Assembly: GCA_964605735.1 (NCBI GenBank)
Contig: CAZSDS010000001.1
Location: forward strand, 198,771-262,770
Source: an uncultured Candidatus Saccharibacteria bacterium
GTDB taxonomy: Bacteria > Patescibacteriota > Doudnabacteria > UBA920 > O2-02-FULL-48-8
Reading direction: 5' to 3'
Length of the DNA: 64,000 bases
Made by a program: the position numbers and the translations under genes. Within the stretch, counting starts at the first letter, position 1; every line of letters starts with the position of its first letter. The notes beneath the pieces are model-generated. The model did not search any database. It was not told the origin of the DNA and was given only the letters and a program-made list of their open reading frames with translations. Positions 35,893 through 47,748 of this stretch are shown piece by piece.

Positions 35893-37806
35893 TTATGGAG
35901 CGACTTCTCTCATTTTAACTGCACCATTTTGAGTTTTTGTCAGAAGTTGGGTTAAGCAGACACGTCTTGTTTTGCTTCCGGTGCCGTCATAGTAATGAAT
36001 TGTCGAACAGTTGGAGATGGTGTCAGTGGATGAGGTTGAGTTCAATGTTGTGTCGAATTGAATAACCCACTTGTTGCCGCCCACATCCTTTTTGCCTGAA
36101 ACGTTAAACGTCAGGTTTGGATACGCGCCGGAGATTGCCGGGCTATTTAAAACGGCATTAGGACCGCTAACAGCAAGGTTGCGAACGTTGCTCAAATTTA
36201 TGGAAGGATTGTCTGTAATTTTTGTAATATATCCAGCTGATGGCCCAAGGTTGTCAATAAGCAGTTGGATTCTCAGAGTGTCTCCATTCTTGATGTTTTC
36301 AGGCTTGAACCCTGTTTGGCCATTTACAGCCACAACAGACATAGAGCCTTCGATTTGGGCACTGCAGGCGGTGACCAGTGATGATTTGTACGCTGGTGAA
36401 GGATAGATTTGGGCCGGGAAGTTTGTGTATGCCGCTACAATATAGTGGTAGCTCTTATTGTTTTGAGGGTGATCTACATAGGAGGTTGTGTTTGCAGATA
36501 CAGTTGCAATGCGCTGATATTGGGTATAGTCGCCGCCATTTTCCTGCTCTGAGCGGTAAACATGGAATCCAGCCTCAATGCTTGACGTGTCATCCCAAGT
36601 CAAAGTGATTTGGTTGCATGTGGCGTTGTTGGTTGAGTTGATGACCGGTGCTCCTGACGGTTGCTCCTTTTCATATGTGATCTGAAATGCGATAGTCCCC
36701 TGGTCAGCCAGCGTTTGTGGCTGATTTGGAATAATATCCTTAAGCAAGTAATTTGAACCGTTATATACCACGCTTGCCGGCGCAAAAATCAGCTGATAAA
36801 TTCCTGTTTGCGCAGAATACATAGCATAAGTGCCGTTTCCGTTGAAGTTTTGAGGGCCATTGACCACCCATGAGGTTGGAATGTTTGAGGTCACAAGGAT
36901 ATTGCCGTTTGTGCTTGGCGCTTGATCTATCACCTCAAAAGTCATGGAAACCTGGTTGCCGAAATAAATGTCGTTCCCCGGAGCCACCCCGCAAACAATA
37001 CCGCTTGAGTCCTTATATTCAGCACCTGCTCTATGCACCATTTGGAAAGAAATTGTATAGACGCCAGGCGTTGATGGGGCCACCAAAGTAAAACTCTTTT
37101 CTTGGGTATCGGTCGGTTTCATGCTTGGAGACAAGTGCCCGTAAAGAGGTGAAGTGGTCAGATTACTGGTCTGAACAAGCTGGTAAAAGGATCCGTGATA
37201 AAACCAGGTTTCTCCGGAGTTATAAATGTTCAGCCCAAAAGGGATGGCACTTCCGGCAGTGATTTTGGCTGGGATAATTTGGGTTGCGGTCACAACTGCG
37301 TTTTCAGTGCAAGTGGTTGGGTTAACGCCTCCTGGGCAGTCCACTCCATAGTCAAAGACTTCACCCATGAAGACTGCGCCTTCGTAGCTTCCGTCCACGT
37401 TTCTGTAGGCGGCATCAAGCTGGATGCGTCCGCAGTTGTAGCTGTTGATGTCATAGGAAAACATAGTCTGCCCAGTTTCGCCAGGGGCATAGTTAAGCTT
37501 GCCGGACATTGAGAAGGAAGACTGGTTCAGGGTGTGAGCCGTTGCAGCACATCCGGAAACGGGGTCATGGAAAGCAGCCTTCTCTATGTACACCGCTTCA
37601 CTGCCAAAGTTATCAATATCCGCAATCCATTCAATTTTCCCGTTATTGATAATTGATGATTGGCCTGGTTTGTGGCAGTTTTCTGAGTTGTCATTGACCC
37701 AGTGAACGCTTACGGCGACATTAGCCTGGGCAATATCAATAATCGGCTGAACAAAAGCAACCGTTGCAATTATCGCCACTAACAAAATTTGTGCTAATTT
37801 CTTCAT
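35893..37806 (-). CDS. Large secreted surface protein with fibronectin type III-like domain
   Basis: 637 aa with an N-terminal signal peptide (MKKLAQILLVAIIATVAFV). An Fn3-like segment (ITLTWDDTSSIEAGFHVYRSE...YHYIVAAYT) is present. The sequence is Ser/Thr/Asn-rich. Confidence 0.55.
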   Translation of the reverse strand: MKKLAQILLVAIIATVAFVQPIIDIAQANVAVSVHWVNDNSENCHKPGQSSIINNGKIEWIADIDNFGSEAVYIEKAAFHDPVSGCAATAHTLNQSSFSMSGKLNYAPGETGQTMFSYDINSYNCGRIQLDAAYRNVDGSYEGAVFMGEVFDYGVDCPGGVNPTTCTENAVVTATQIIPAKITAGSAIPFGLNIYNSGETWFYHGSFYQLVQTSNLTTSPLYGHLSPSMKPTDTQEKSFTLVAPSTPGVYTISFQMVHRAGAEYKDSSGIVCGVAPGNDIYFGNQVSMTFEVIDQAPSTNGNILVTSNIPTSWVVNGPQNFNGNGTYAMYSAQTGIYQLIFAPASVVYNGSNYLLKDIIPNQPQTLADQGTIAFQITYEKEQPSGAPVINSTNNATCNQITLTWDDTSSIEAGFHVYRSEQENGGDYTQYQRIATVSANTTSYVDHPQNNKSYHYIVAAYTNFPAQIYPSPAYKSSLVTACSAQIEGSMSVVAVNGQTGFKPENIKNGDTLRIQLLIDNLGPSAGYITKITDNPSINLSNVRNLAVSGPNAVLNSPAISGAYPNLTFNVSGKKDVGGNKWVIQFDTTLNSTSSTDTISNCSTIHYYDGTGSKTRRVCLTQLLTKTQNGAVKMREVAP

Positions 37807-37811
37807 ATGGT

Positions 37812-38309
37812 TTAGAGGTTGATTAATTCGATGCGCTCTGCTGATATTTGATCGGATGAATTTGGGTTAGTTGAGCTGTACACGGCAATATTCTTTCCCG
37901 CTGACAAATCAACTCTTTCTGCGGGAGCCAAAACAGGCTCTCCGCCTACAATCGAAACAGAATTGATTTCTGAATTTTCAGTTACAAAAAAGGTTTTTTC
38001 CTGTTCAGAGACGGTTACGGATGATCCATTTGTCTGAACAATGTTTACCCTGACAGTAATGCGATCTCCCTGAACTTCGGTAATTTTACCGTTTAAGGAG
38101 TATTCTTTGATTTGCAACTCATCAGAGGCAGACAAGACTTTTGGATTTTGGCTGTCGAACAACAAATATCCAGCTACACCAACGCTCAAAATCACCGTAA
38201 TTGCCAAGGCAGAAACGGCTTTATAAATGGCAGGGTGTGTAACTTTCAGCAATAATTTCTTATGCTGGATTGTAACCCTTAACATAGTGAATTTGGTGGA
38301 GATTCGCAT
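37812..38309 (-). CDS. Hypothetical signal-anchored protein (operon partner of the Fn3 protein)
   Basis: 165 aa with a single N-terminal TM. Its stop is 6 nt upstream of the Fn3-protein start. Confidence 0.4.
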   Translation of the reverse strand: MRISTKFTMLRVTIQHKKLLLKVTHPAIYKAVSALAITVILSVGVAGYLLFDSQNPKVLSASDELQIKEYSLNGKITEVQGDRITVRVNIVQTNGSSVTVSEQEKTFFVTENSEINSVSIVGGEPVLAPAERVDLSAGKNIAVYSSTNPNSSDQISAERIELINL

Positions 38310-38430
38310 ATACTTAAATTAACTTTAAGTAAACGGGGAATATTACACTATTTTGAGGGTTTTGTCAAGGCTTAAACAAGGGATAACAAAAAACCTGCAT
38401 TTCTGCAGGGTTTTTAGAACTACGTGTTGT

Positions 38431-38748
38431 CTATAAACCAATAACTACCCACAACAAAACAAGGGCAACCAGTGATGTGAGGACGAAGAATAATAATCCG
38501 GCTGCCGAAAGGGTTCGAAATGTTTTCGAGCCAGGCACTGTAACAGGAGGAGTATTTTTGTTTTCCAAACTTCTCCTGTAGTCCAGTAATATTGAAACGA
38601 TTGCTGTTATGAGAATTAAAAACCCAATAGCAATAAGCGATAAGCCTACAACATTCTCACCGCTCCTGCCATCGAATAATTGTATGATCCATCCCAGAAT
38701 TAAAGCAATGGTCCCGGAATAGATCAATGTTTTTGATGTAAATCTCAT
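38431..38748 (-). CDS. Hypothetical 4-TM membrane protein
   Basis: 105 aa, hydrophobic, immediately downstream of gyrB. Confidence 0.4.
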   Translation of the reverse strand: MRFTSKTLIYSGTIALILGWIIQLFDGRSGENVVGLSLIAIGFLILITAIVSILLDYRRSLENKNTPPVTVPGSKTFRTLSAAGLLFFVLTSLVALVLLWVVIGL

Positions 38749-38753
38749 TATTC

Positions 38754-40829
<2,076 letters not shown>

Positions 40830-40892
40830 TTAAGGTAACTTAATTATAGCAAAAAATAGCCTCTTTTGGAAGCTATTTTTAGGGGTTGTTTT

Positions 40893-42032
40893 TTATCTCA
40901 ATTCTGCGTTGTAAATGGCCTTGGTTTGCTCGTAAAGCTTGCTTTGCAAAGGGTCAACTTCTTCCGTTTTCAGCGTTTTATCCGGACTTCTGTAAATAAC
41001 CCGGTAAGTGTAACTGATCCTGTCAGGCCCGAACTTTGCCTCATTCTCGTATTTATCAAGCAGAGCCACTTCCTCCACCAAATCCCCACCAATGTCACGA
41101 ATCAGGTCAAAGTAATCATTTGGTATAAAACTTTTACTGACAATAAATGAAATGTCCCTGGTTATTGGCGGATACTTGCTGACTTCCTGGAATTTCTGCC
41201 CCAGTTTGAGTTGTTTGATGACGCGAGGGTCCTCTGACCAAAGCAGGCGTATATCCGGCAAAGCCATGCTGATTATTGCCAGTCTTTCCAAACCAAATCC
41301 AAATGCCCAACCATTATATTTTTCAGGATCAACGCCGAGTTTTTGCAAGACGCTGTCTTTGACCACGCCACTTCCCAGGACTTCAACCCATTTGCCGTCA
41401 ATTTCAATTTCCATTTCAAGACTCGGGTCCGTGTACGGGAATTTATCCTCGTTTATGCGATATTTCACACCTGGGCCGAATACAGCCTGGACAATCTTCA
41501 CTAACACCCCACTAAGGGTTTCCCTGTTTATTTCTTCTTTGTCCTTTGGGGCCAGATACCAGCCATCCATCTGGTGGAAAATATTCATGTGGCGCCTGTC
41601 GATTTCATCCTTGCGGTATACCTTGCCATAGCAGAAAGTGCCGAAGGATTCTCCTCTTGCGATTTTTTCCTTAATCTCCGGCTGGTTCAGGTAGTAGTAC
41701 CACATGACAGTGGTGTGGGTGCGCAAAATATTTTTCTCATCCACGTAATAGGTGTCAGATTTGCTTCGCGCCGGGTGGTCTGCCGGAAAGTCGAATAAAT
41801 CAAATGTAATGTCAGTCGGTACTATTTCCGGAACCTTGATCAAGTCAAAATTTTTAAACTCAGGTATGTTGATGATCCTTTGCGCAATTTCGTAAATGGG
41901 ACTGGATGGCGTCCGGGACAAATCAGGCATGTTCAAAAAGCGCTGCATGCGCAGGCTTTCAGGATCTTTTTTTGTTTCAAGATATTTACGAAGCTGTGCT
42001 TCCTGTCCTTCAATGACTATTTCGTTTCTCAT
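40893..42032 (-). CDS. pheS: Phenylalanyl-tRNA synthetase, monomeric mitochondrial-type architecture (PheS catalytic core fused to C-terminal FDX-fold anticodon-binding domain)
   Basis: PheS motifs HPARSKSDTYY, LRTHTT, GKVYRKDEIDRRHMNIFHQMDG, FPYTDPSLEMEI and GFGLERLAIISMALPDIRLLW are present. An extra C-terminal ~90 aa (KYPPITRDISFIV...YFDLIRDIGGDLVEEVALLDKY...ISYTYRVIYRSPDKTLKTEEVD) matches the anticodon-binding domain found in PheT and in mitochondrial PheRS (recalled from memory). No pheT is adjacent. Confidence 0.8.
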   Translation of the reverse strand: MRNEIVIEGQEAQLRKYLETKKDPESLRMQRFLNMPDLSRTPSSPIYEIAQRIINIPEFKNFDLIKVPEIVPTDITFDLFDFPADHPARSKSDTYYVDEKNILRTHTTVMWYYYLNQPEIKEKIARGESFGTFCYGKVYRKDEIDRRHMNIFHQMDGWYLAPKDKEEINRETLSGVLVKIVQAVFGPGVKYRINEDKFPYTDPSLEMEIEIDGKWVEVLGSGVVKDSVLQKLGVDPEKYNGWAFGFGLERLAIISMALPDIRLLWSEDPRVIKQLKLGQKFQEVSKYPPITRDISFIVSKSFIPNDYFDLIRDIGGDLVEEVALLDKYENEAKFGPDRISYTYRVIYRSPDKTLKTEEVDPLQSKLYEQTKAIYNAELR

Positions 42033-42053
42033 GGTTCAGAGTTAATGCAAGCT

Positions 42054-42494
42054 TTAGGATTTTACCATTTCAGAGGAAAATTCGCTACCCAGAGGGGCGT
42101 CATCCTTTAGGATGAGAATTCCACGGCTGTCTGAGGTAAGCCCGAGCTCTTTTCCGGAACAAATCATACCTTGTGACTCAATGCCACGGATTTTGGCTTT
42201 CCCCAATGTAAAAGGCTTTCCTTCAGGGTCATGCTGGTCATGTGGAATTATAGCCCCTGGCAAAGCTAAAGGAACAATAGCTCCCGCCTCAAAATTCCAG
42301 GCTCCGCAAACTACCGGGCCTATTGTTTTTTGCCCGTCAGTTAGCTCCACTACGCGAAGGCGGTCGGCGTTTGGGTGCTTCTCAACCTTTGTAACTTTAG
42401 CCACTATGATATTAGGGAAACTTTTATTAACGTGCTTCCCTGAGTTATTATTTCCATTTGAAAACAAATTGACTAACCAGTCTGCAATATTCAT
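42054..42494 (-). CDS. Standalone tRNA-binding domain protein (EMAP/Myf-like OB fold; homolog of PheT N-terminal domain / CsaA-Trbp111 family)
   Basis: The ATG at 42494 (MNIADWLVN...) was chosen. AKVTKVEKHPNADRLRVVELTDGQ...GKAKIRGIESQGMICSGKELGL matches the PheT N-terminal tRNA-binding domain. It lies immediately upstream of pheS. Confidence 0.65.
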   Translation of the reverse strand: MNIADWLVNLFSNGNNNSGKHVNKSFPNIIVAKVTKVEKHPNADRLRVVELTDGQKTIGPVVCGAWNFEAGAIVPLALPGAIIPHDQHDPEGKPFTLGKAKIRGIESQGMICSGKELGLTSDSRGILILKDDAPLGSEFSSEMVKS

Positions 42495-42495
42495 T

Positions 42496-43233
42496 TTATT
42501 GGCATTTAAAGAAAATAAATCTAGGCAACCTTGTGGCATATTCTAGCTTAGGGTGGGTTTTTAGGAAAGAGTCCGGCAATTCATGGGGCTCCACGATGTT
42601 TGATATGGAAAACCCTGCGTTAGCCAGAGATTGCGCATACTCCCCAATGGTCCTGTGATAATGGGTTAAATCAGTTTTGAAGTGGCTCTCAAAGCGTCCT
42701 TTTTTGTGGGAATAGTAATCAAACATCAAGGCTCTTGGTCTGGCAAAAGTCATCTTGTTCCAGAAACTTTTATACAGCGCGGCTGTTGGCTGGTTAAAAG
42801 CTGGATGCAAAACTGAAAAAATCAGGTGACCGCCTGGCTTGAGTAGCCTCTTAGCATCTGCCAGGAAAGTGTCGATTTTCTGCATATGCATCAGAAGCAT
42901 ATTAGCTAAAACCAAGTCGAAGGATGAGTCCTTGAAATTTGATTTATCCATCAAATCCTGAACTTCAAATTTTATGTCTGGGTATTTTTGCTTGGCAATC
43001 TTTATCATTTCCGCAGACCCGTCCACCCCTATCACCTTGGCTCCGCGTTTTTTTAGCCAATTCGAATAATATCCATTGCCGCATCCGGCGTCTAAAACCA
43101 GCTTTCCACTGCAATCAGACACCAAGACTTCCATTGCGCTGTCAATTAAAAGCGTCCGATAGGTATTTTCTTGCGCAATATCCTTGTCCCAACCAGCTGC
43201 CGCATCTTCCCATTTAATCAGATCAGAATTCAT
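42496..43233 (-). CDS. Class I SAM-dependent methyltransferase
   Basis: 245 aa with motif I VLDAGCGNGYY and the Methyltransf_11-like LKPGGHLIF. Confidence 0.7.
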   Translation of the reverse strand: MNSDLIKWEDAAAGWDKDIAQENTYRTLLIDSAMEVLVSDCSGKLVLDAGCGNGYYSNWLKKRGAKVIGVDGSAEMIKIAKQKYPDIKFEVQDLMDKSNFKDSSFDLVLANMLLMHMQKIDTFLADAKRLLKPGGHLIFSVLHPAFNQPTAALYKSFWNKMTFARPRALMFDYYSHKKGRFESHFKTDLTHYHRTIGEYAQSLANAGFSISNIVEPHELPDSFLKTHPKLEYATRLPRFIFFKCQ

Positions 43234-44211
43234 TTATTGTACGATAATTGTTCCAGTTATGGCCGGATTCAGGTGGTCGTGATACGTAAAAGTTCCTTTT
43301 TCTGTGAACTTGAAACTATAGGTCTGGTTTGTGGCCAAAATTCCTGACTCCAAATCCGGCAGAAGAATATGGGTAGGATGGGGATCAGAAGCAATTTGAT
43401 GGCTGTTAACTTCTTTGTTGGTCCATACAACAGTGTCTCCGGCGTTGACAGTAACCTCTGCCGGGTCAAACTTGCTGTTCATAATACTTACCTGCACCGT
43501 TTTGACCTGAGGACCTACTTTACTGATCGTTGTTATGGTGGGTTCATGCAAGCCATGGGTTTGCTTGTTGGCGGAAATTTGGCTTTTTCTTACTTCTGTC
43601 ATTTTAAAGCCTGGGGTCAGCGGGTCATACTCATTGGCAATTTGGGAACCGTCATGGTAACCCGCCTGCTCCGCTTCTTTCCTCGGGTCAGTATATTTTT
43701 TGGTTGGATTAGTAAGATAGATCTTTACTTCGTCCCCGTCTGCAAGCCCGTCCCCGTCTGTATCGTTTACTTTGGGATCTGTCTGCTCCACAAATTCGTC
43801 ATAGTTGTTCAATCCATCATTATCCGGATCAGCCTTGTCCCCGCAAGTATCCTGATCAGAGCATTGTTCAACCCCAAAGTACTGCATCAAAAACACTTTT
43901 GGAAGTTTTGATTCTTCCAGACCATTTGACGAATTTCCCGGCGTTGACCAAAGCAAATAATAGGCTAATCCGCCCAGTGCGGCCAAAATAACCACGGACA
44001 AGAATATGTATATGCCTTTGCCGCTTTTGGCTGGCGTATCTTCTGTTGGTAAATTTTGCTGGTCTTCCTCTGGCTCTGCAGAGGGGATTCCCTGCAGTGG
44101 GCCTTCACTGGAAACCAATTCACCGCCCGCATCCTGAGGCATGACAGCAAAATTTAGGACATCTTGGTTTTCGTTTTCAGAATCTTTCATTGAATCGTTT
44201 TTGTCACTCAT
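43234..44211 (-). CDS. Membrane-anchored extracellular protein with thrombospondin-type-3-like Ca-binding repeats and a C-terminal cupredoxin-like domain
   Basis: 325 aa. An acidic N-terminus is followed by a TM, then D-x-D-x-D-G repeats (DPDNDGLNNYDE, DTDGDGLADGDE). The C-terminal FDPAEVTVNAGDTVVWTN...YHDH lacks the Cys ligand of a type-1 copper site. Confidence 0.45.
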   Translation of the reverse strand: MSDKNDSMKDSENENQDVLNFAVMPQDAGGELVSSEGPLQGIPSAEPEEDQQNLPTEDTPAKSGKGIYIFLSVVILAALGGLAYYLLWSTPGNSSNGLEESKLPKVFLMQYFGVEQCSDQDTCGDKADPDNDGLNNYDEFVEQTDPKVNDTDGDGLADGDEVKIYLTNPTKKYTDPRKEAEQAGYHDGSQIANEYDPLTPGFKMTEVRKSQISANKQTHGLHEPTITTISKVGPQVKTVQVSIMNSKFDPAEVTVNAGDTVVWTNKEVNSHQIASDPHPTHILLPDLESGILATNQTYSFKFTEKGTFTYHDHLNPAITGTIIVQ

Positions 44212-44623
44212 AGTTTTGATCGCTTAAGTTTGTGTTTTTGTTTGCTTTTCGAGAATTATAGATAAAGAAAATTTCCAGGAATAAGAGGGCGCCAACTAGA
44301 AATAACGAATTTACCCAGGTAAACAGTCCGTGCGCCTGCAAAATTAAACCAGTTATAAAGCATATCGCTATCAATGCCCCCTGTCTTAACGAAACTATAA
44401 AGTGCCTTTTTGCCATTTCTCGTACGCCGAATCGCTGGCGAAAGGAGTAAAGCAGGAAAGCCAAAGTGAATAGGACAAACAGGCCTGAGGTGAAATAAAA
44501 AAGTACAATATTGGTCAGCTTTTCATTAGGATCAAGCGAGTAAATTAACCAACCAGTGCCAGCCGCAGACAGCAAAGCCATAAGCAACAGGAAAAATTTA
44601 TAGACAACGTTTATTTTTAGCAA
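44204..44623 (-). CDS. Hypothetical 4-TM membrane protein
   Basis: 139 aa. It overlaps the start of the downstream gene by 8 nt. Confidence 0.4.
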   Translation of the reverse strand: MLKINVVYKFFLLLMALLSAAGTGWLIYSLDPNEKLTNIVLFYFTSGLFVLFTLAFLLYSFRQRFGVREMAKRHFIVSLRQGALIAICFITGLILQAHGLFTWVNSLFLVGALLFLEIFFIYNSRKANKNTNLSDQNYE

Positions 44624-44678
44624 TTTTTGGTTTTCCTAGCTCATTAATTATACCAAAAATCACGGCTAAACGCGAAAT

Positions 44679-47666
44679 TTACCTGGCTTCGTAGTCTCGA
44701 TATTGGCAATCATGGGATTTCTTTTTATCCAATTCATAGAAGCTGTCCGTTTTGATTGTTTGAACGATCTGCTCTATGTTCTCCAGAAACTCAGATTTGA
44801 TTTTTTCAATGTCATCCTGCGTACCCGCAAACTCGATGATGTTGTTCAGGTCCTCAAGATCCCAGTAACTCAGGTTATTGACTTTCTTTTTCAGGAAATC
44901 CTGAGCAGCCCACTGATAGCCTAAAAGCTGTTTTTTATCCACTTTTTCAAGCTTGGTGCGCGCTTTAGCGCTTGTTTTGTAATCGATAATATTAATGCTA
45001 CCATCAGGATTCTCGTGGAAACAGTCAATGACCCCTACGTACTTGTACGGGCCAAGTTTTAGCTTGAAGAATTTTTCTGTTTCCGCTGGAATAATTTGCC
45101 TTGCAGTTACCTGGTTGTAATAATTTTCCAGCAATCTGAAGCCTCTTTTGCGGAATTTATCCTTATCCCATTTGCTCTCATACCAGTCGTCTATCCAGTT
45201 TTCGTTATAAAGCTGGAAGAGTTTATCCAGAGGCGGATACTCAACCTTTTTTGACGGCTGTTTTCCAAAAAGATCAACTTGTTTAGCCGCGTTCATCTGA
45301 ATGATTAGTTGTGAGAAAAGCTGGATGGTTTTGTGAATAGTTTGTCCAAACGAAGTGTAAGAATTGCCTGGGGATGGCAATTGATACAGGTATTTGTATT
45401 TGAATTCTAGTGGGCATTTTAAAAAGCTGGAAATGCTGGTCCATGAAAATGATTCCGGGATAACCAAGTGGCTTTTGGTCGGAAGCGGCAGCGCTTCCTT
45501 TTGCTTAAATACAACTACGCCTGTTGGCGCAGATTTAGTTCCCACTGTTTCCAACTTGGTCTCGACAAGAAATCTGGAGGGTTTTTTGTTTGTACTGCCG
45601 CCGTAATCATCAGCCCAGGCAAGGTACAGAAATTGTTTTGCCCGGGTAAGCGCCACGTAAAACAGCCTTCTTTCCTCCATTAAGTGTATATCTCCCTCGG
45701 AAAGAATCTCCTTTATCAGTTTGTCCGGTAACTCAATCTGCTCTCGCCTGTCCCTGGACGGGAATCTCGCTTCCACCATGTTTACAATGAACACGCATTT
45801 AAATTCCAGGCCCTTGGAGGAGTGCACTGTCATCACCTTAACGGCTTCCGGCCCAATATTCGGGTCAAAAGCCAAATCGCCGGTATCTCCCGCGTCCAAT
45901 TCCAGCTTAATCCTATTCAAAAAAGCCTTAAGCGTTTTGTCATCGCTTTCAGTTTCAAAATACTGGGCTTTGGTGTAAAACTGCTGAAGCAGGCTTCTGT
46001 TTTCCACGTTCTGCACTGAATCCGCTGCCAGATCTTTGGTAATCTGCAGGTCTTCGAGTATTTTTATAAAAAGTTCAGAAACAGGCATATGCCTAGCCCA
46101 GTTTGTGTGCTTATCAAGCAAAATTTGAAGCTCTGCAAGTTTTTTGTAGGTTGATTCTGACACTGTTACGATCCCAGGAACCTGTTTTATCACCTCAAAA
46201 AGGGAAAGCGCCTTTCTCTTGGAAATCTGAGACATATTAATAAGATCTGCAGATTCTATTTTGAATTTTTTTATGTTCAGGATTCGGAAGAGGTTTTCGC
46301 TCTCGTGATAGTTGTCCAGAAGCTTAAAATATGCCAGCAAATCCAAGATAAAAGGTTTTTTATATAATCCCCGGTTTGCCACATACATGTATGGTATGCC
46401 GCGCTTGTTTAACTCGCTGATGAAAGGGTCAGCGTGATCGTTCGCGCGCACCAGAATGGCGAAATCGTTATAACCAAAGCCAAGGGTTTCCGTCAGCTCA
46501 ATTATTTTCTCCGCAACTACGCTTGCTTCTTGATGGACAGTTTGCGCATGCAAAACTTTGATTTCGCCTGCTTCCACTGAATGTGAAGCAAGTTTTTTAG
46601 AAATTTCCAGTTTAGTTTCCAGCCGTTCCGGATTGTTAAGCTGGATAAAATCATAGGCAAGATCCAAAATCTGCTGTGTTGACCTATAGTTGTCTGTCAG
46701 AGTAATATCCTTGGCTTCAGGAAAATCTTCCTTAAATTTTAAGATATTGGAAATTGAAGCGCCGCGGAATTTGTAAATTGACTGGTCATCATCACCCACC
46801 ACCGTGACATTATTTCGCGGGCTGGCGACCAGTTTAACCATTTCATATTGGGCAAGGTCAGTATCCTGAAATTCATCCACCAACACGTATTTGAACTTGT
46901 TCTGGTAATATTTCAGAATTTTTGGACGAGTTTGAAACAGTTGAACAGTGTAATTAATCAAATCACCAAAATCCAAATATCCTTGTTGCAGCAAGGTGTG
47001 TTGGTATTTATGGTAGGCGTTGGCGATTTCGTTTATTCTTTGAATCTCTGCATGGTCGAGTTCTGCGGTTGTTTTAGATTCGCTTTTTTTCGATTTCTTT
47101 TTTGGCTTTTTTTGGGTGGTGTCTGAGGATAAAGCGAGCTCCTGGGCATACTTCAGGTAAAGCTCTGGAGTTATTCCCTCCCCTTTTGCCTTCTGAAAAT
47201 GCTTGAGCAGTGAATGGATGAATTTATTGGGATTACCCATGGGGCGATAATAATCCAGGTCAAAATCATAAAGATTCTTTTGCATCAGCATCCAGGCCTG
47301 GGTTTCCGTCAAGACTTTGAAATCCCCTGGGAGCCCGATGTCCAGGGCGTGTTGTTGAAGAATTTTTTGCGCAAAAGCGTGGAAAGTGGAGATGCTAATT
47401 TCTGCATAGCCGAGAGGCATAAGCTGGTCGACTCGGTCGTTCATTTCCGCCGCCGCCTTTTCCGTAAAAGTCAGTGCCAGAATTTCCTCAGGCTGGGCCA
47501 AACCCTGTTCAATCAGCCAGGCAATGCGGCGGGTCAACACCGTGGTTTTGCCCGTGCCTGCACCCGCAATAATCAAAAGCGGGCCATTGCCGAATGAAAT
47601 AGCCTTTTCCTGCTTGGTATTTACTCCCTCCAGAATTGCTGATTTTTGCTTGAGTTTTTGGGGCAT
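44679..47666 (-). CDS. UvrD/PcrA-family helicase fused to C-terminal RecB/Cas4-like PD-(D/E)xK nuclease (AddA-like helicase-nuclease)
   Basis: 995 aa. The Walker A motif is LIIAGAGTGKTTV. The C-terminal nuclease motifs are SFSWTSISSFLKCPLEFKYKYLY, GQTIHKTIQ, VIDCFHE...IIDYKTS and QLLGYQWA. Confidence 0.8.
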   Translation of the reverse strand: MPQKLKQKSAILEGVNTKQEKAISFGNGPLLIIAGAGTGKTTVLTRRIAWLIEQGLAQPEEILALTFTEKAAAEMNDRVDQLMPLGYAEISISTFHAFAQKILQQHALDIGLPGDFKVLTETQAWMLMQKNLYDFDLDYYRPMGNPNKFIHSLLKHFQKAKGEGITPELYLKYAQELALSSDTTQKKPKKKSKKSESKTTAELDHAEIQRINEIANAYHKYQHTLLQQGYLDFGDLINYTVQLFQTRPKILKYYQNKFKYVLVDEFQDTDLAQYEMVKLVASPRNNVTVVGDDDQSIYKFRGASISNILKFKEDFPEAKDITLTDNYRSTQQILDLAYDFIQLNNPERLETKLEISKKLASHSVEAGEIKVLHAQTVHQEASVVAEKIIELTETLGFGYNDFAILVRANDHADPFISELNKRGIPYMYVANRGLYKKPFILDLLAYFKLLDNYHESENLFRILNIKKFKIESADLINMSQISKRKALSLFEVIKQVPGIVTVSESTYKKLAELQILLDKHTNWARHMPVSELFIKILEDLQITKDLAADSVQNVENRSLLQQFYTKAQYFETESDDKTLKAFLNRIKLELDAGDTGDLAFDPNIGPEAVKVMTVHSSKGLEFKCVFIVNMVEARFPSRDRREQIELPDKLIKEILSEGDIHLMEERRLFYVALTRAKQFLYLAWADDYGGSTNKKPSRFLVETKLETVGTKSAPTGVVVFKQKEALPLPTKSHLVIPESFSWTSISSFLKCPLEFKYKYLYQLPSPGNSYTSFGQTIHKTIQLFSQLIIQMNAAKQVDLFGKQPSKKVEYPPLDKLFQLYNENWIDDWYESKWDKDKFRKRGFRLLENYYNQVTARQIIPAETEKFFKLKLGPYKYVGVIDCFHENPDGSINIIDYKTSAKARTKLEKVDKKQLLGYQWAAQDFLKKKVNNLSYWDLEDLNNIIEFAGTQDDIEKIKSEFLENIEQIVQTIKTDSFYELDKKKSHDCQYRDYEAR

Positions 47667-47748
47667 TGCCTCACTATTATGCCATACAAAATGAAATTAC
47701 CCCAAACAAGGCCTGGGGACAATTCATGACGCGAGAATTGGTTGTAAA

